DNA of 64,000 nt from Candidatus Fermentithermobacillaceae bacterium (GTDB lineage: Bacteria; Bacillota; Sulfobacillia; Fermentithermobacillales; Fermentithermobacillaceae). Position 1 is the first letter of the stretch. Each line of letters starts with the position of its first letter. A program made the position numbers and the translations under genes. Below are positions 18,015 through 29,926 of this stretch, piece after piece. The notes under the pieces are model-generated. The model made no database searches and was not told where the DNA came from. It was given only the letters and a program-made list of their open reading frames with translations. The stretch spans positions 10,518 to 74,517 of the forward strand of contig JAAZEL010000038.1 in assembly GCA_012512325.1 (NCBI GenBank), given 5' to 3'.

Positions 18015-19925
18015 TTAATTTTCTTCTGGGTCGCCGGAGGCCATTCGGGGTTTATTGAAGTATTCATAGATTGTCTCGGCCAGGTGGGGTCCTATTCCCT
18101 CGGTTTTCCGAAGGTCTTCAACTGAAGCGCTTCTTATCGCATTCACGCTGCCGAAAGCTCTCAGAAGCCGCCTGATCCTCGCCGGCCCCAACCCCGGGAT
18201 GTCCGACAACTCACTGTGAAGGGCTTGCTTCTGCCTGAGCTTTCGGTGGTACGCAAGGGCAAACCGGTGGGCTTCGTCCCTGAGGCGCATCACCAGGAAC
18301 AAGGCGCCTGAATCCCGGGGCAACACTATAGGCTCTTTGGCGCCGGGAAGGAACAACTCTTCGTTTTTCTCAGCCAGCCCTACCACGGGGATATCCAGCC
18401 CCAGCTCGTCCAGCACCTGTTTGCCTGCATTGACCTGACCTTTGCCTCCGTCCACCACAACCAAGTCAGGGAATACCGCAAACTTGCTCTTCCTAAAGAG
18501 GGTGCTGCCCTTGGCTTCAAGCTCTGCCCGTTCATCCAGGCCCTTCCTGAACCTCCGCCACAGCGCCTCCTGCATCATGGCAACATCGTTGGGTTTGTCC
18601 CCCGTCTTGATGCGGAAACGGCGGTAAGAAGACTTGTCCGGCTTTCCGTCCTGAAGCACCACCATTGAAGCCACGGCTTCCCTGCCCGAAATATTGGATA
18701 TGTCATAACCCTCAATCCTTGTGGGCAAGTTCGGGAGGTTCAATGCTTCGGCCAGGTCTTCCATGGCCTTCATTTGCTCGCCGGCTTCCCGCTTATACCT
18801 GGGCATACCGGTATCCATCATGGCCCTGGCGTTTTCCCCGGCCATCCCCACAAGTTCCTTGAGCACGCCCCGCTTGGGGGTACGCAGTTTGGCCCCTATA
18901 TAACGGCTGATTTCCTCGCTGTCTTGCAGCGACACGGGGATGACAATTTCCTTGGGCACAAAGGGAGCATTGGGGTAATACTGGGTAATGAAAGCCCTTA
19001 TAATCTCCGGGTCATCATCTAACTCACTCCCCGTGAGTACAAATCCTTCCCTTCCCATGAGCTTACCTTGCCGCACAGGCAGGAGAGCCACAAAGGCATG
19101 CTTGCCTGAGCGTGCCAGACCCAGTACGTCCCTGTCTTTCATATCGCTAAGCACAGCTTTTTGGCGTTCTGTCACGTCGTCAAGGGCCCTTATCCGGTCC
19201 CTGGCCCTGGCTGCATTTTCGAAGTCCAGATTGGCAGCCAGTTCAAGCATGCGCTTTTCCAGGCGATTTCTTACTTCTCTATGCCGCCCCTCGAGAAACT
19301 TGACAACTTCGCCCATGGTCTCCATGTACGCCTCCCGGCTGAGCTCGCCGGTGCACGGACCTAAGCACCGCCCTATATGGTAGTTGAGGCAGGGCCTGCT
19401 CGTCTGGGCAAGGCTTTTGTCTGAACAAGTCCTGTAAGGGAATATCCTGCGAAGGAAGGACAGGGTTTCCCGCACAGAACCCGGCCTGGTAAACGGCCCG
19501 AAATACCTGGCCCCGTCTTTGTTCATCCGTCGTACCACAGACACGGTGGGCCACTCATCGTTAAGGTTTATCCTCAAGTAGGGGTATTGCTTGTCGTCCC
19601 TGAGGAGTATGTTGTAGCGGGGCCTGTGTTTCTTGATGAGGTTGGCTTCAAGGATGAACGCCTCGGCCTCTGAATCCACCACTATAACCTCCAGGCCTTC
19701 CACCCTGGACATGAGAGCCTCCGTCTTTACAGGCAGGTTTGATGCAAAATACGACCGAACCCTGCTCCGGAGGTTTATCGCCTTCCCGACGTAGAGCACC
19801 TCGCCCCCCTGTCCCCGGAACACGTACACACCGGGAGAATCGGGCAGTGAGCTTATATGTGCTGCAAGTTCATGCCTGTCACCTTTAAACCCGGCCCACA
19901 TGCGGTCGATGGAATTAGACTTCAT
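18015..19925 (-). CDS. uvrC: excinuclease ABC subunit C
   Basis: 636 aa. GIY-YIG N-terminus (PGVYVFRG...LYVGKA), UvrBC motif, RNaseH-like and HhH C-terminus. An alternative start at the ATG at 19901 would remove the 11-nt overlap with uvrA. Confidence 0.9.
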   Translation of the reverse strand: MKSNSIDRMWAGFKGDRHELAAHISSLPDSPGVYVFRGQGGEVLYVGKAINLRSRVRSYFASNLPVKTEALMSRVEGLEVIVVDSEAEAFILEANLIKKHRPRYNILLRDDKQYPYLRINLNDEWPTVSVVRRMNKDGARYFGPFTRPGSVRETLSFLRRIFPYRTCSDKSLAQTSRPCLNYHIGRCLGPCTGELSREAYMETMGEVVKFLEGRHREVRNRLEKRMLELAANLDFENAARARDRIRALDDVTERQKAVLSDMKDRDVLGLARSGKHAFVALLPVRQGKLMGREGFVLTGSELDDDPEIIRAFITQYYPNAPFVPKEIVIPVSLQDSEEISRYIGAKLRTPKRGVLKELVGMAGENARAMMDTGMPRYKREAGEQMKAMEDLAEALNLPNLPTRIEGYDISNISGREAVASMVVLQDGKPDKSSYRRFRIKTGDKPNDVAMMQEALWRRFRKGLDERAELEAKGSTLFRKSKFAVFPDLVVVDGGKGQVNAGKQVLDELGLDIPVVGLAEKNEELFLPGAKEPIVLPRDSGALFLVMRLRDEAHRFALAYHRKLRQKQALHSELSDIPGLGPARIRRLLRAFGSVNAIRSASVEDLRKTEGIGPHLAETIYEYFNKPRMASGDPEEN

Positions 19926-22809
19926 TTGCGCCTGCCTCCGTCATCCCCCTGGCGACAGCCGCAGCTTGAAGGGTGGGCTTCACCTTGAGTACCTCCCTGA
20001 GGAATTGGCCGGTGTACGAACCAGGACTGGCAGCCACTTCTTCAGGCGTGCCCTGGGCAACTACATAGCCGCCCTCCTCGCCCCCTTCAGGCCCCAGGTC
20101 GATTATGTAATCGGCAGTCTTGATCACATCCAGGTTGTGTTCGATTACAACCACGGTGCTGCCTGCGTCTACCAACCTTTGCAGGATGTTCAACAGCTTG
20201 CGCACGTCTTCAAAATGCAGCCCGGTGGTAGGTTCGTCCAGGATATACAGGGTCCTCTCGTTGCCACGCCTGGACAGTTCCGATGCCAGCTTCACCCGCT
20301 GGGCTTCGCCTCCTGACAGGGCGGTTGCGGGCTGCCCCAGCTTTATATATCCGAGCCCTACGTCATAAAGGGTCTCCAGTTTCCGTTTGACTACAGGTAT
20401 ATTCTTGAAAAACTCAAGGGCTTCTTCGACAGTCATGTCCAGTACGTCGGCTATGGTCTTGCCCCTGTACTTCACCTCCAGGGTCTGGCTGTTGTACCGT
20501 TTGCCGTGGCATACCTCACACGGCACATACACATCGGGAAGGAACTGCATCTCAATCCGGATGATACCGTCACCCCTGCACGCTTCGCACCTTCCGCCCC
20601 TCACGTTGAAGCTGAACCTGCCAGGTTTATAGCCCCTCATCTTGGCTTCAGGGGTCTGGGCGTACAGCTGGCGGATATTGGTAAACACGCCTGTATACGT
20701 TGCAGGGTTTGACCTCGGTGTCCTGCCGATGGGCGACTGGTCTATGTTGATCACTTTTTCAAGTTGTTCAATGCCTTGGATCCCGTCGTGGGCGCCCGCC
20801 CGTTCCCTGGCCCCATGCAAGGCCGACGCCAGCTTCCTGTACAGGATGTTATCCACCAGAGTGCTCTTGCCCGAGCCTGACACTCCCGTGACGCATGTAA
20901 ACACGCCCAGGGGAATCCTCACATCTATGTTTTTCAGGTTGTGCTCCCTGGCACCCAGAATCCTTATGAACCTGTCGGACCTACGCCGCTTCTGGGGCAC
21001 GGGGATTTTCTTCCTGCCGGAAAGATAAGCGCCTGTGAGGGAATCCTGGCAGTTCATCACGTCAGCCACTGAGCCTGCCACAACCACATGGCCCCCGTCT
21101 TTACCGGCACCGGGCCCTATATCTACCACATAGTCGGCGGACCTGATGGTTTCTTCGTCGTGTTCCACCACGATCACCGTATTGCCCAAATCGCGCAGGT
21201 GCTTCAAGGTGTTCAACAGCTTGCCGTTGTCCCTGGCGTGAAGCCCGATGCTTGGCTCGTCCAACACATACAGCACCCCTACCAGTCCCGAGCCTATCTG
21301 GGTTGCCAACCGTATCCTCTGGGCTTCCCCGCCTGACAAGGTGCCGGCCTGCCTGTCTAAGGTAAGGTAACCTAAGCCCACGTTCAGCAGGAATTCCAGC
21401 CGCGCCGACAGCTCCTTTATTATCTGGCGGGCTATGAGGCGTTCCCGCTGGGTGAGCTCCAGCCCTCTGATGAACTCAAGGGCCTTGTCACACGACATCC
21501 TCGTGAGTTCGGCTATGTTGAGCCCGCCTACGGTAACCGCCAGGGCTTCAGACTTAAGCCGCTTACCTTGGCATACGTTGCACGGGACCGTGGTCATGAA
21601 GCCCTCGATCCACTGGCGGATGTAGCTGCTGGACGTCTGCTTATACCGTCTTTCCAGGTGAGCGATGACTCCTTTGTAGGTGATTGCACGGTCATACACC
21701 CTGCCGTACTTGTTTTCGTATCGGAAGGGTATTCGGTGGTCAGGAGCTCCGTACAAGAGGATATGTACATGCTCCGGAGCCAGGTCAGCTATGGGCGTGT
21801 CCGTGGAAAACCCGAGATAATCGGCTACAGCCTCCAGCAGCTGGAAGTAATAGGTTTCGGGACTGCCGTTCCACGGAGCTATGGCCCCGTCGCCAATGGA
21901 CTTCCTCTTGTCGGGGATGATCATCTCAGGATCAAGTTCCATGTTGACCCCCAGCCCATTGCAAGCGGGACACGCCCCGAAAGGGCTGTTGAACGAAAAC
22001 AGCCTTGGCTCAAGCTCGGGGATGGATATGCCGCAGTCAGGACATGCCAGGGACTGGCTGAAGATAAGGTCCCGCTTCTCTTCGCCCATCACTTCGATAA
22101 CCACCAGGTTGCCTGAGAACTGCAGGGCGGTCTCGATGGAGTCAATAAGGCGGGGCCTGATGCCATCCCTGATTATCAGCCTGTCAACCACGGCTTCTAT
22201 AGTGTGTTTTTGATGCCTGGACAGCCGTTGTCCCACCAACTCCGAGATCTCGGCGGTGACCCCATCCACCCTGGCCCTCACAAAACCTGCCTTTAGGATG
22301 TCATCAAACACCTTGCTGTACTCGCCTCTTCTCCCCATTACCAGGGGCGCCAATACCGAAAACCTGGTGCCCTCGGGCAGGGACAGCACCTGGTCAGCAA
22401 TCTGATCCACCGTTTGCTGGGAAACCGGCTTGCCGCACTGGGGGCAGTGGGGATGCCCAATCCTGGCGTAAAGCAGCCGCAGGTAGTCATAAATTTCCGT
22501 GACAGTGGCCACGGTGGAGCGGGGATTGCGGCTGCCTGCCTTCTGGTCTATGGAAATGGCCGGCGACAACCCTTCTATCCGGTCCACGTCAGGTTTGTTC
22601 ATGAGCCCCAGGAACTGCCTGGCGTAGGCGGACAAGGACTCAACGTACCGCCTCTGGCCCTCGGCATATATGGTGTCGAAAGCCAGGGAGCTTTTCCCAG
22701 AGCCCGACAAGCCCGTTATCACCGTCAAGGTGTTCCTCGGGATCTCCAGGTTTATGTTCTTGAGGTTGTGCTGGCGGGCACCCTCAATGATTAGGCTTCC
22801 CTTTTGCAT
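19915..22809 (-). CDS. uvrA: excinuclease ABC subunit A
   Basis: 964 aa. Two ABC ATPase modules with zinc-finger inserts. Confidence 0.95.
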   Translation of the reverse strand: MQKGSLIIEGARQHNLKNINLEIPRNTLTVITGLSGSGKSSLAFDTIYAEGQRRYVESLSAYARQFLGLMNKPDVDRIEGLSPAISIDQKAGSRNPRSTVATVTEIYDYLRLLYARIGHPHCPQCGKPVSQQTVDQIADQVLSLPEGTRFSVLAPLVMGRRGEYSKVFDDILKAGFVRARVDGVTAEISELVGQRLSRHQKHTIEAVVDRLIIRDGIRPRLIDSIETALQFSGNLVVIEVMGEEKRDLIFSQSLACPDCGISIPELEPRLFSFNSPFGACPACNGLGVNMELDPEMIIPDKRKSIGDGAIAPWNGSPETYYFQLLEAVADYLGFSTDTPIADLAPEHVHILLYGAPDHRIPFRYENKYGRVYDRAITYKGVIAHLERRYKQTSSSYIRQWIEGFMTTVPCNVCQGKRLKSEALAVTVGGLNIAELTRMSCDKALEFIRGLELTQRERLIARQIIKELSARLEFLLNVGLGYLTLDRQAGTLSGGEAQRIRLATQIGSGLVGVLYVLDEPSIGLHARDNGKLLNTLKHLRDLGNTVIVVEHDEETIRSADYVVDIGPGAGKDGGHVVVAGSVADVMNCQDSLTGAYLSGRKKIPVPQKRRRSDRFIRILGAREHNLKNIDVRIPLGVFTCVTGVSGSGKSTLVDNILYRKLASALHGARERAGAHDGIQGIEQLEKVINIDQSPIGRTPRSNPATYTGVFTNIRQLYAQTPEAKMRGYKPGRFSFNVRGGRCEACRGDGIIRIEMQFLPDVYVPCEVCHGKRYNSQTLEVKYRGKTIADVLDMTVEEALEFFKNIPVVKRKLETLYDVGLGYIKLGQPATALSGGEAQRVKLASELSRRGNERTLYILDEPTTGLHFEDVRKLLNILQRLVDAGSTVVVIEHNLDVIKTADYIIDLGPEGGEEGGYVVAQGTPEEVAASPGSYTGQFLREVLKVKPTLQAAAVARGMTEAGANEV

Positions 22810-24829
22810 GCTTGTAACTCCTTAGTTTGGAAGGCTTGTCTATTTGCTTCTCCAGTTCAAATATCATATCCCGCAGCAGGGCCGCCCGCTCAAATTCGAG
22901 CCTGGCTGAAGCTTGTTTCATCTCAGCCATGAGTTCGGCTATGAGTTCAGGCACTGCCTCTTTGGGAATCTCGTCAAAGCTCTTGTCTTTGAGCACGGCT
23001 TCCGGCTCAAGGGGCTTGCCGTGTTGGATCACTTCGTGAATCTGCTTCTGGACGGTCTGTGGCACAATTCCGTGCTTTTGGTTATACAAGGTCTGCTTGG
23101 CCCTGCGCCGCTCAGTTTCCCTGATGGCCCGTTCCATGGAGCCGGTGATGGTATCCGCATACATTATGACCTTGCTGTTGACGTTCCTTGCAGCCCTGCC
23201 GATAGTCTGTATCAGGGACGTCTCAGACCGCAGAAAACCTTCTTTGTCTGCATCGAGAATGCAAACCAGGGACACTTCAGGCAGATCCAGCCCTTCTCTG
23301 AGCAAGTTTATGCCTACGAGCACATCAAACACTCCCAGGCGCAGGTCCCTTATGATCTCCATCCGCTCTATGGTTTCCACGTCGGAGTGCATATACCTTA
23401 CCTTCAGCCCGGTTTCCCGCAGGTACTCGGTTAGATCCTCGGCCATGCGTTTGGTTAAGGTTGTGATCAAGACCCGTTCGTTCCTGTCGATCACCTTCCG
23501 CACTTCGCCTATCAGATCGTCTATCTGGCTCTTGACCGGCCTCACGTCAACCACGGGATCGACCAGCCCCGTAGGCCTTACCACTTGCTCTGCGATCTGG
23601 GTTGCCATCCTGAGCTCAAACTCACCGGGCGTGGCGGATACGTATATCACCTGACCGACTCTGTCCATAAACTCGTCAAAGGTAAGGGGCCTGTTGTCAA
23701 AGGCTGACGGCAGCCTAAAACCGTAGCTCACCAGGGATTCTTTCCTTGAACGGTCGCCGGCATACATGGCCCTGAGCTGGGGAATGGTCACATGGGACTC
23801 GTCTATTACCACCAGGAAATCCTCGGGGAAGAAATCCAACAGGGTGTACGGAGGCTGGCCCGGAGCCCGGCCGGTAAGGTGCCGGGAGTAGTTTTCAATC
23901 CCGGAACAGTACCCCATCTCCTGGAGCATCTCGAGGTCGAAACGCGTTCGCTGTTCCAGCCTGTACGCTTCGAGGATCTTGCCCTGGTCCCTGAGCTCCT
24001 TGAGCCTTTGATCCAGCTCTTCTTCAATGGACTGTATCGCCCGGCGCATTTTGTCGCCTTTCACCACATAGTGGGTGGCCGGGTAAATCATAACGTGGTT
24101 TATCTCCGCAAGGGCCCGGCCGGTGAGCACGTCAAACTCGAGCAGCCTGTCGATTTCGTCGCCGAACAGTTCAACCCGCACTGCCTTCTCAGAGTAGCCC
24201 GCCGGGTAAATCTCGATGGTGTCGCCTCTCACCCTGAAAGTGCCCCGCTGAAAGTCTATGTCGTTCCTGGTGTACTGGATGTCCACCAGGCGCCTCAAGA
24301 TGGCGTCCCTATCCCTTACCATGCCCTTACGCAACGACAATCCTAGGTCCCTGTAATCTTCAGGCGAACCCAGGCCGTATATGCATGAAACGCTCGCCAC
24401 GACCAGCACGTCCCGCCGCTCAAAGAGGGCACACGTGGCCGAGTGCCTGAGTTTGTCGATTTCCTCGTTGATCGCGGCATCTTTTTCTATGTACGTATCA
24501 GTCTGGGGCACATACGCCTCAGGCTGGTAATAGTCGTAGTAGCTGACGAAATACTCCACGGCGTTGTTGGGGAAGAAGTGGCGAAACTCGCTGGCAAGCT
24601 GGGCTGCCAGTATCTTGTTATGAGAAATCACCAAAGTGGGCCGGTTGAGCCTGGCCACAACATTGGCAATGGTAAACGTCTTCCCGGACCCTGTCACCCC
24701 GAGCAAGATCTGATGCTTGTGGCCCTTCTGTATGCCTGAAACCAGAGTCTCGATGGCTTCAGGCTGGTCCCCTTTGGGAGTAAATTCGGACACCAGTTGA
24801 AATCCTTGCATTGCCATTCCCCCGTTCAC
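22784..24829 (-). CDS. uvrB: excinuclease ABC subunit B
   Basis: 681 aa. Helicase motifs [10 protein letters not shown] and DESH, and a UVR C-terminal domain. Confidence 0.95.
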   Translation of the reverse strand: MNGGMAMQGFQLVSEFTPKGDQPEAIETLVSGIQKGHKHQILLGVTGSGKTFTIANVVARLNRPTLVISHNKILAAQLASEFRHFFPNNAVEYFVSYYDYYQPEAYVPQTDTYIEKDAAINEEIDKLRHSATCALFERRDVLVVASVSCIYGLGSPEDYRDLGLSLRKGMVRDRDAILRRLVDIQYTRNDIDFQRGTFRVRGDTIEIYPAGYSEKAVRVELFGDEIDRLLEFDVLTGRALAEINHVMIYPATHYVVKGDKMRRAIQSIEEELDQRLKELRDQGKILEAYRLEQRTRFDLEMLQEMGYCSGIENYSRHLTGRAPGQPPYTLLDFFPEDFLVVIDESHVTIPQLRAMYAGDRSRKESLVSYGFRLPSAFDNRPLTFDEFMDRVGQVIYVSATPGEFELRMATQIAEQVVRPTGLVDPVVDVRPVKSQIDDLIGEVRKVIDRNERVLITTLTKRMAEDLTEYLRETGLKVRYMHSDVETIERMEIIRDLRLGVFDVLVGINLLREGLDLPEVSLVCILDADKEGFLRSETSLIQTIGRAARNVNSKVIMYADTITGSMERAIRETERRRAKQTLYNQKHGIVPQTVQKQIHEVIQHGKPLEPEAVLKDKSFDEIPKEAVPELIAELMAEMKQASARLEFERAALLRDMIFELEKQIDKPSKLRSYKHAKGKPNH

Positions 24830-24981
24830 CCATTATAACTTCACGTGGCAATGCAATCAAATGTTCTATATATGTGTCTCCTCCGCATCTGAAATGGTGC
24901 ATTACATGCACCGTTAGTGCGGCTTTGTCGAACCGGAAGAGCAGTGGCCCATCCCGTGCACCCTTTACCAGATTCCTGCTA

Positions 24982-25019
24982 CCTACAACGAACAAACCGG
25001 CGCATCGCGTGCGCCGGTT
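24982..25019 (-). terminator. probable intrinsic terminator downstream of the minJ-like gene
   Basis: Perfect 10-bp inverted repeat aaccggcgca/tgcgccggtt (about 24995..25019) with a 5-nt loop. On the minus strand it is followed by TTTGTTCGTTG. Coordinates may be off by 1-2 nt. Confidence 0.5.
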
Positions 25020-25056
25020 TCACGGTTCTGCGACCCACTGTGCTTTATCTTGCTTG

Positions 25057-26421
25057 CTACCTGTCAGAACCTCCCTTGTTATCGGCCCCGTCCCCATCTT
25101 CTCCGCCCTTACCTTCTTCGTCCTTACCTTCTCCGTCCCTACCTTCTCCGTCCTTATCTGCCTTGCCCTTAATCAGGTTCTTTATGAACCTGAGCAGGGG
25201 GCCTTCTGAGGTGGAACCGGCCATAGGCTTGTCGTCAGGCTCGGGCACAGGGATAATGCCCAACTCCTCACCGGCTTCCCGGCGCACTTCCACCCTACGC
25301 AAAGCCTGGCTGCCACGGGAGTCGTGAATCCAAAGGGACACGGGCCCGGATGTACCGGCCAGGGCAGCTTCAAGGGAATTTCTGTCCGCAACGTGGACAT
25401 CGTCCACCAAGCGGATTATGTTGCCGCTCTTCAGCCCCGCCCTTTTTGCAGGGCTGCCTTCGGCCACGTCAAGGAGCAAGACCCCTTCTTGAACCGGGGT
25501 GTAGATGGGCTCCTGCCCGTACTCCTCGCGGAGCCCCGCCCTGATCACTAACTCGTGGCCGATAGGGGCAAACAGGGTAGCCACCCATGCAAAGGGCTGC
25601 CATTTCGACCCGGCAACCGAGAGGATGAGCAGGGCTATGCTGAACAGCATGAGGTTTCTTGAGGTGATCCTTGCCTTGTCCCTGGGAGCCCTGGCTATGG
25701 CAATATCCCCGTATCCCAGGGCAGCTATCAGGGGCATCATGGCGAACACAGGGTGGCCTGGGCCGGGGATGTCAGGCGCCTTAATCAGGGGCCACCAGTC
25801 AGGCAGGTATATCAAATCAGGCACCTGTGACAGATCAGGCACCTTGATCAAGAGCAACACTATCAGAGGGATCGGCCAAAACCGCTGCAAGGCAAAGCCT
25901 CCCACCACGTCCCCGTTCTCATGGGAAAGGTAAAGCGGGGTAGAGCAAGTGTGGCCTGAAAGCAATATGAGAAAAGCTTCCGCAGCGTGAAGACAAGCCA
26001 CAAGCGCCATGAGTGCGGGCACGTTTACCTTGGGCCATCCGAAGATCAAGTGGCTTAGGGCGGCCAATCCGCCTGCGTAGGAAAAACACAAAAGCCTTGG
26101 GCTGAACAGGTACAAGAGCAGGGCAACAGGCATCAGATAGGCGATACCGCTGTCTGTCACCGACACGCCGATAAACACCATCAACAAGCTGGCCAAGAGT
26201 CCCCCGAGCAAACCCAGGCCAACCGCGCTGAGGGTCTGCCAAAAAGCCTTATTTGATGCCGTACCGTACAGCCTTTCCTCAGTGCGTTGAACCCTGGCGT
26301 ACTGGCTTGCAATCAGCACCAGCACCACAAGGTAAAGCACATCCACTGCCGGGTTTGAGAATATGCCCGGATACGCACGCAAAACCGACTTAACCAGTTG
26401 AAACAGAGGGCCCACACCCAT
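25057..26421 (-). CDS. polytopic membrane protein with C-terminal PDZ domain (MinJ-like)
   Basis: 454 aa. Multiple TM helices, then a PDZ domain (GVLLLDVAEGSPAKRAGLKSGNIIRLVDD), then a Gly/Asp/Lys-rich repeat tail. Position between uvrBA and ctp mirrors B. subtilis minJ. Confidence 0.55.
   Translation of the reverse strand: MGVGPLFQLVKSVLRAYPGIFSNPAVDVLYLVVLVLIASQYARVQRTEERLYGTASNKAFWQTLSAVGLGLLGGLLASLLMVFIGVSVTDSGIAYLMPVALLLYLFSPRLLCFSYAGGLAALSHLIFGWPKVNVPALMALVACLHAAEAFLILLSGHTCSTPLYLSHENGDVVGGFALQRFWPIPLIVLLLIKVPDLSQVPDLIYLPDWWPLIKAPDIPGPGHPVFAMMPLIAALGYGDIAIARAPRDKARITSRNLMLFSIALLILSVAGSKWQPFAWVATLFAPIGHELVIRAGLREEYGQEPIYTPVQEGVLLLDVAEGSPAKRAGLKSGNIIRLVDDVHVADRNSLEAALAGTSGPVSLWIHDSRGSQALRRVEVRREAGEELGIIPVPEPDDKPMAGSTSEGPLLRFIKNLIKGKADKDGEGRDGEGKDEEGKGGEDGDGADNKGGSDR
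25086..25170. repeat. about 18-nt tandem repeats (cttaccttctccgtccyta, about 4 copies) encoding a Gly/Glu/Asp/Lys-rich C-terminal tail
   Basis: Direct inspection of 25080..25180. The translation is KGKADKDGEGRDGEGKDEEGKGGEDGDG. Confidence 0.6.
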
Positions 26422-26490
26422 TGCCCCTTTCGCCCAATAGCCTGGATGAAAACGTTGTCAAGATCTTGTCAGGACATTGTCCCGACGTTT

Positions 26491-27615
26491 TTAGGACGTT
26501 CCTGAAACCTCCGCCCTGGCCAGTTCAATCGCTTTGGCCAGTTGTTCCTCGTCCCCTTCTACAAGTATGTCCGGCTCAAGCCCCTTGCCGTTAATTGAGC
26601 GCCCGTTAGGAGTAAAATACTCTGCTATAGTCACTTTTACAACCGAACCGTCCTTGAGCTTATACGAATTTTGCACCAGGCCTTTGCCGAAAGTCGGGGT
26701 GCCTATCAGGGTCCCAACTTCGTAATCCTGTATGGCCCCTGCCAGGATCTCGGAAGCGCTGGCCGTCCCTCCGTTTACCAAGACGAACAAGGGTTTGTCA
26801 ATCCCCGGGCCCTTGGACGTATAACTGGTTTCCTCAAAGGACTTGCCCTTGACGGTTACCACGTTGCCTTCGGGGACGAACATCCTTGCGATGTCAATGC
26901 ACCTGTCCAGCAGCCCGCCTCCGTTATAGCGCAGGTCCAGGATGATTGCTTTGGCACCTTGACGTTGGAGTTCTTGCATGGCTTCCGCCATGGCAAGGGC
27001 GGATCCCTCGTTGAACGTTATGAGTTCGATGTACCCTATCCCTTCTTCTTTCATCTCATACTCCACTGCAGCGATGGTTATGTCTTCCCTTACTATGGTT
27101 ACGTCAAACGTGTCTCCGTCCCGGTATATGGTGAGCGTCACCTCGGTGCCTGCAGGCCCCCTGATCAGGGCTGCAGCCTCGTCACCGCTGGACACCGGCT
27201 TGCCGTCAACTTTGATTATGAAATCGTTGACCCTGAGCCCCGCAGCTTCAGCAGGCGCACCCTTCATAGGAGATACGATGCATACCCCGCCGTCCTTATC
27301 GGTGATGGTTACCCCTATCCCTGAATACTCGCCGCTTGTGCGTATATAAAACTCGTACCATTCTTCCTGGGTCATGTACACGGAATACGGATCCCCCAAA
27401 GCGGCCACCACGCCCCTGGCGGCGCCTTCCAAGATCTCTGCCTGGTCAAAGTCTTTGTAGTAGGTGTTTTCCAGCAAGCGGATAATGCCCAGAACCTTAC
27501 CCACAGGCGTGAATTGAACCAGAGCATATGCGCCCAGGCCGGCGGTTACCAGAACCGCTAGGAGAGCAGCGACTATGCATAACCTTACGGCCTTTGACCT
27601 GGAAATCGTATCCAC
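26491..27615 (-). CDS. ctpA: carboxy-terminal processing protease (S41, Ctp family)
   Basis: 374 aa. N-terminal TM helix, a PDZ domain, and S41 catalytic-region sequence. Confidence 0.85.
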   Translation of the reverse strand: MDTISRSKAVRLCIVAALLAVLVTAGLGAYALVQFTPVGKVLGIIRLLENTYYKDFDQAEILEGAARGVVAALGDPYSVYMTQEEWYEFYIRTSGEYSGIGVTITDKDGGVCIVSPMKGAPAEAAGLRVNDFIIKVDGKPVSSGDEAAALIRGPAGTEVTLTIYRDGDTFDVTIVREDITIAAVEYEMKEEGIGYIELITFNEGSALAMAEAMQELQRQGAKAIILDLRYNGGGLLDRCIDIARMFVPEGNVVTVKGKSFEETSYTSKGPGIDKPLFVLVNGGTASASEILAGAIQDYEVGTLIGTPTFGKGLVQNSYKLKDGSVVKVTIAEYFTPNGRSINGKGLEPDILVEGDEEQLAKAIELARAEVSGTS

Positions 27616-27788
27616 TCACATCACCGTCTTTCTGTCCCAAGATACACACATGGGTAGTAAACAACAAACCGGTCTGAAACTACCTGACTAAGTTACATTC
27701 AGTCTAGCACAACCGCGCCCCTCCCTCTACAGCTGACAAGCTGTGCCAAGCCGGGAGTAAGCTGCAAAGGGATTCAAGAGAGCTCCCT

Positions 27789-27832
27789 GTAAAACAAAGC
27801 AGGCTGCCCGGTGGTTCCCAGCACCGGACAGC
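27789..27832 (-). terminator. probable intrinsic terminator after the M23 peptidase gene
   Basis: Imperfect hairpin ggctgcccggtg...caccggacagcc (about 27803..27832). On the minus strand it is followed by TGCTTTGTTTT. Confidence 0.5.
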
Positions 27833-27861
27833 CCCGAATTGTCTTGCGTGTTATGTATATC

Positions 27862-29019
27862 CTAAAATTGAACCCATTTCCTGGGATCATCGGTGGCCCC
27901 GTTGATGCGCACCTCAAAGTGGAGGTGGGGACCTGTGGACACGCCTGTGCTCCCTACAAGGGCGATTGTCTGCCCCCTGGTCACCACATCGCCCTTACTC
28001 ACAAGCAGTTTTGAACAGTGCGCGTAAAGGGTGGATATGCCTCCCCCGTGGTCTATGACCACATAATACCCGTAGCCCGAATCCCTGGTGGCTACGATGA
28101 CAGTGCCATCCTCTGCGGCCTTAATCGGAACACCGCTGTCCACCGCTATGTCAATGCCCGAGTGGAACCTGTAGTACTGCAGTATGGGATGCCACCTGTT
28201 GCCGTATTCAGAGCTCACCCAGCCGCCTTGGACAGGACGAATCATTGACAACCCTTCTTTTTTCTCCCGCTGGTGGCCCTGGGCTTGAAGCTCCTTGATC
28301 AGCTGCTCTAAGGCCTTGGATTCACGCTCGATTTGATCCAGGGCCTCTTCCAGTTTCTTGCGGTCCTGTTGGAGTTGGGCCAAGTACCTCTCCCTGTCGG
28401 CGCTGCGGGAAGCCACTTGAGCCCGTTTTTGCTCCTGCTGGTTCTTTGCCAGGGTAAGAGCTTGTACATCTTGTTCAAGCAGTTCTTTCTTGTCGGCGAG
28501 CTCCTGCCTTAATAGCTTGTACTCTTCTATGAGGCGGGAATCTTCCTGGGCGATTTCACGGAGGTAATACAGTTTGGCCATGAACTCAGACACGCTCTTT
28601 GAGTCCAGGAGCACTTCAAGGTAGGAAGTCCGTCCCGCCTTATACATGCAAACCAATCTGTCGCAAAACAGTTCCCTTTTTTCTTCGGTTTTCTTTTCCA
28701 CTTCGGCGATTTCTTGTTCCGTCTCTTCTATCCTGTCGGAAAGATACTGTATCCTGGCCAGCAGGTAGTCAAGTTCCCGCTGGGCAAGCTCAAGCTCCAG
28801 TTCAAGCTGTTCAAGTTCTTTCATTACGGAGCTCTCAGAACGCTTCTTGGCTTCGATTTGCTTCTTGGTTTCCTCAATCTCTTTCTGCATTTGCTCGAGC
28901 TCGGAGTATTTTTCATCCAGTATGCCCGCCCTGGCAATCGGGACGGCCTTGACCGCCTGGATTGCCAACACCAGGGCCAAGCAAAGCACGCACAGATAAG
29001 CGGTTCTTCCTCTCCTCAT
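27862..29019 (-). CDS. coiled-coil M23 (LytM) peptidoglycan hydrolase/activator, EnvC-like, partner of FtsEX
   Basis: 385 aa. Signal peptide, a long coiled coil, and a C-terminal M23 domain with HxxxD...HLHFE. Immediately downstream of ftsEX. Confidence 0.8.
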   Translation of the reverse strand: MRRGRTAYLCVLCLALVLAIQAVKAVPIARAGILDEKYSELEQMQKEIEETKKQIEAKKRSESSVMKELEQLELELELAQRELDYLLARIQYLSDRIEETEQEIAEVEKKTEEKRELFCDRLVCMYKAGRTSYLEVLLDSKSVSEFMAKLYYLREIAQEDSRLIEEYKLLRQELADKKELLEQDVQALTLAKNQQEQKRAQVASRSADRERYLAQLQQDRKKLEEALDQIERESKALEQLIKELQAQGHQREKKEGLSMIRPVQGGWVSSEYGNRWHPILQYYRFHSGIDIAVDSGVPIKAAEDGTVIVATRDSGYGYYVVIDHGGGISTLYAHCSKLLVSKGDVVTRGQTIALVGSTGVSTGPHLHFEVRINGATDDPRKWVQF

Positions 29020-29041
29020 GCCTATGTACCTCCGGAAAAGC

Positions 29042-29926
29042 CTAGACTCTCAGGTGCCGCCTCACTGAAAAAGCAGAGCCTGTGAGGCCAACTATCACAC
29101 CCGTCAAAGCCATGATCCCGAACATCTCCTGTATGGACTGGGTTTCCAGGCCCACTATGGGCATAAACGGTATGAACTCGGCGATTTTTCCCGCTACCCA
29201 GTTGTAGACCCCTACGGCAAACCCAGTGCCCAAGGCGCTGCCCAGAAGCCCGAGGAATACCCCTTCAAGCAGAAAGGGCATCAGAACGAAACCGTCAGTA
29301 GCCCCCACCAGTTTCATTATCCCGATCTCCTGCCTCCGGGCGTCAATCGCAAGCCTAATAGAGTTGGCTATGACCATCACTGCCACAATGCCTACAATCA
29401 ACATGCCGCCCAAGGACAGGTATTGCACGGCCTTGCCGATTTGTGCCAGCCGTTCTGAGACTTCTTCCTGATAGATCACATCGTTTATAACGTCGATACT
29501 CTTGAGCGCCTCGACCACGACAGGTATTTGCTCCGCACCTGTCGTATTTACCCTCACGCTCGGCGGGAGAGGACTATCCTCTTCCAGGGAATCCAGCACA
29601 GACGCTTTGTCTTTGAACATATCCTTGAGTTCTTCCAGAGCTGCTTCTTTGCTGACGAACTTCACTTCACTTACGCCGGGCATGTCCCGTATCTGGGTTA
29701 CGGCAGCCGCCAGCTCCGCATCTGAGGCTTCCTTGTTCATGTAAGCTTGGATCTCCATCTGGCTTTCAGCCATCTGGTACATATAGCCCAGGTTGATGGA
29801 GACCAGGAAGCTTGTCCCAAGCAGAAAAAGGGCGAAACCTGTTGTGAGGGAAGAAAGGAACGACGACAGCTTGTTCCGCCATAGGCTGCGGAAAGTTTGA
29901 GAAAACATATATCCTATGAGCCTCAA
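29042..29926 (-). CDS. ftsX: cell division permease-like protein FtsX
   Basis: 294 aa. Four-TM FtsX topology with a periplasmic loop. The ftsE stop overlaps its start. Confidence 0.85.
   Translation of the reverse strand: MRLIGYMFSQTFRSLWRNKLSSFLSSLTTGFALFLLGTSFLVSINLGYMYQMAESQMEIQAYMNKEASDAELAAAVTQIRDMPGVSEVKFVSKEAALEELKDMFKDKASVLDSLEEDSPLPPSVRVNTTGAEQIPVVVEALKSIDVINDVIYQEEVSERLAQIGKAVQYLSLGGMLIVGIVAVMVIANSIRLAIDARRQEIGIMKLVGATDGFVLMPFLLEGVFLGLLGSALGTGFAVGVYNWVAGKIAEFIPFMPIVGLETQSIQEMFGIMALTGVIVGLTGSAFSVRRHLRV

Noticed and set aside
24830-24990. LexA (Cheo-box, CGAAC-N4-GTTCG) operator upstream of uvrB
   Set aside because: Only half-site-like matches were found (AGAACATTTGATTG; CGAACCGGAAGAGC). 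No full dyad was seen. This could not be confirmed without a PWM scan.
26422-26490. Hairpin gtcagga-cattg-tcccgac followed by GTTTTT on the + strand
   Set aside because: It would be a + strand terminator, but there is no + strand gene upstream of it. On the minus strand it lacks a U-tract.
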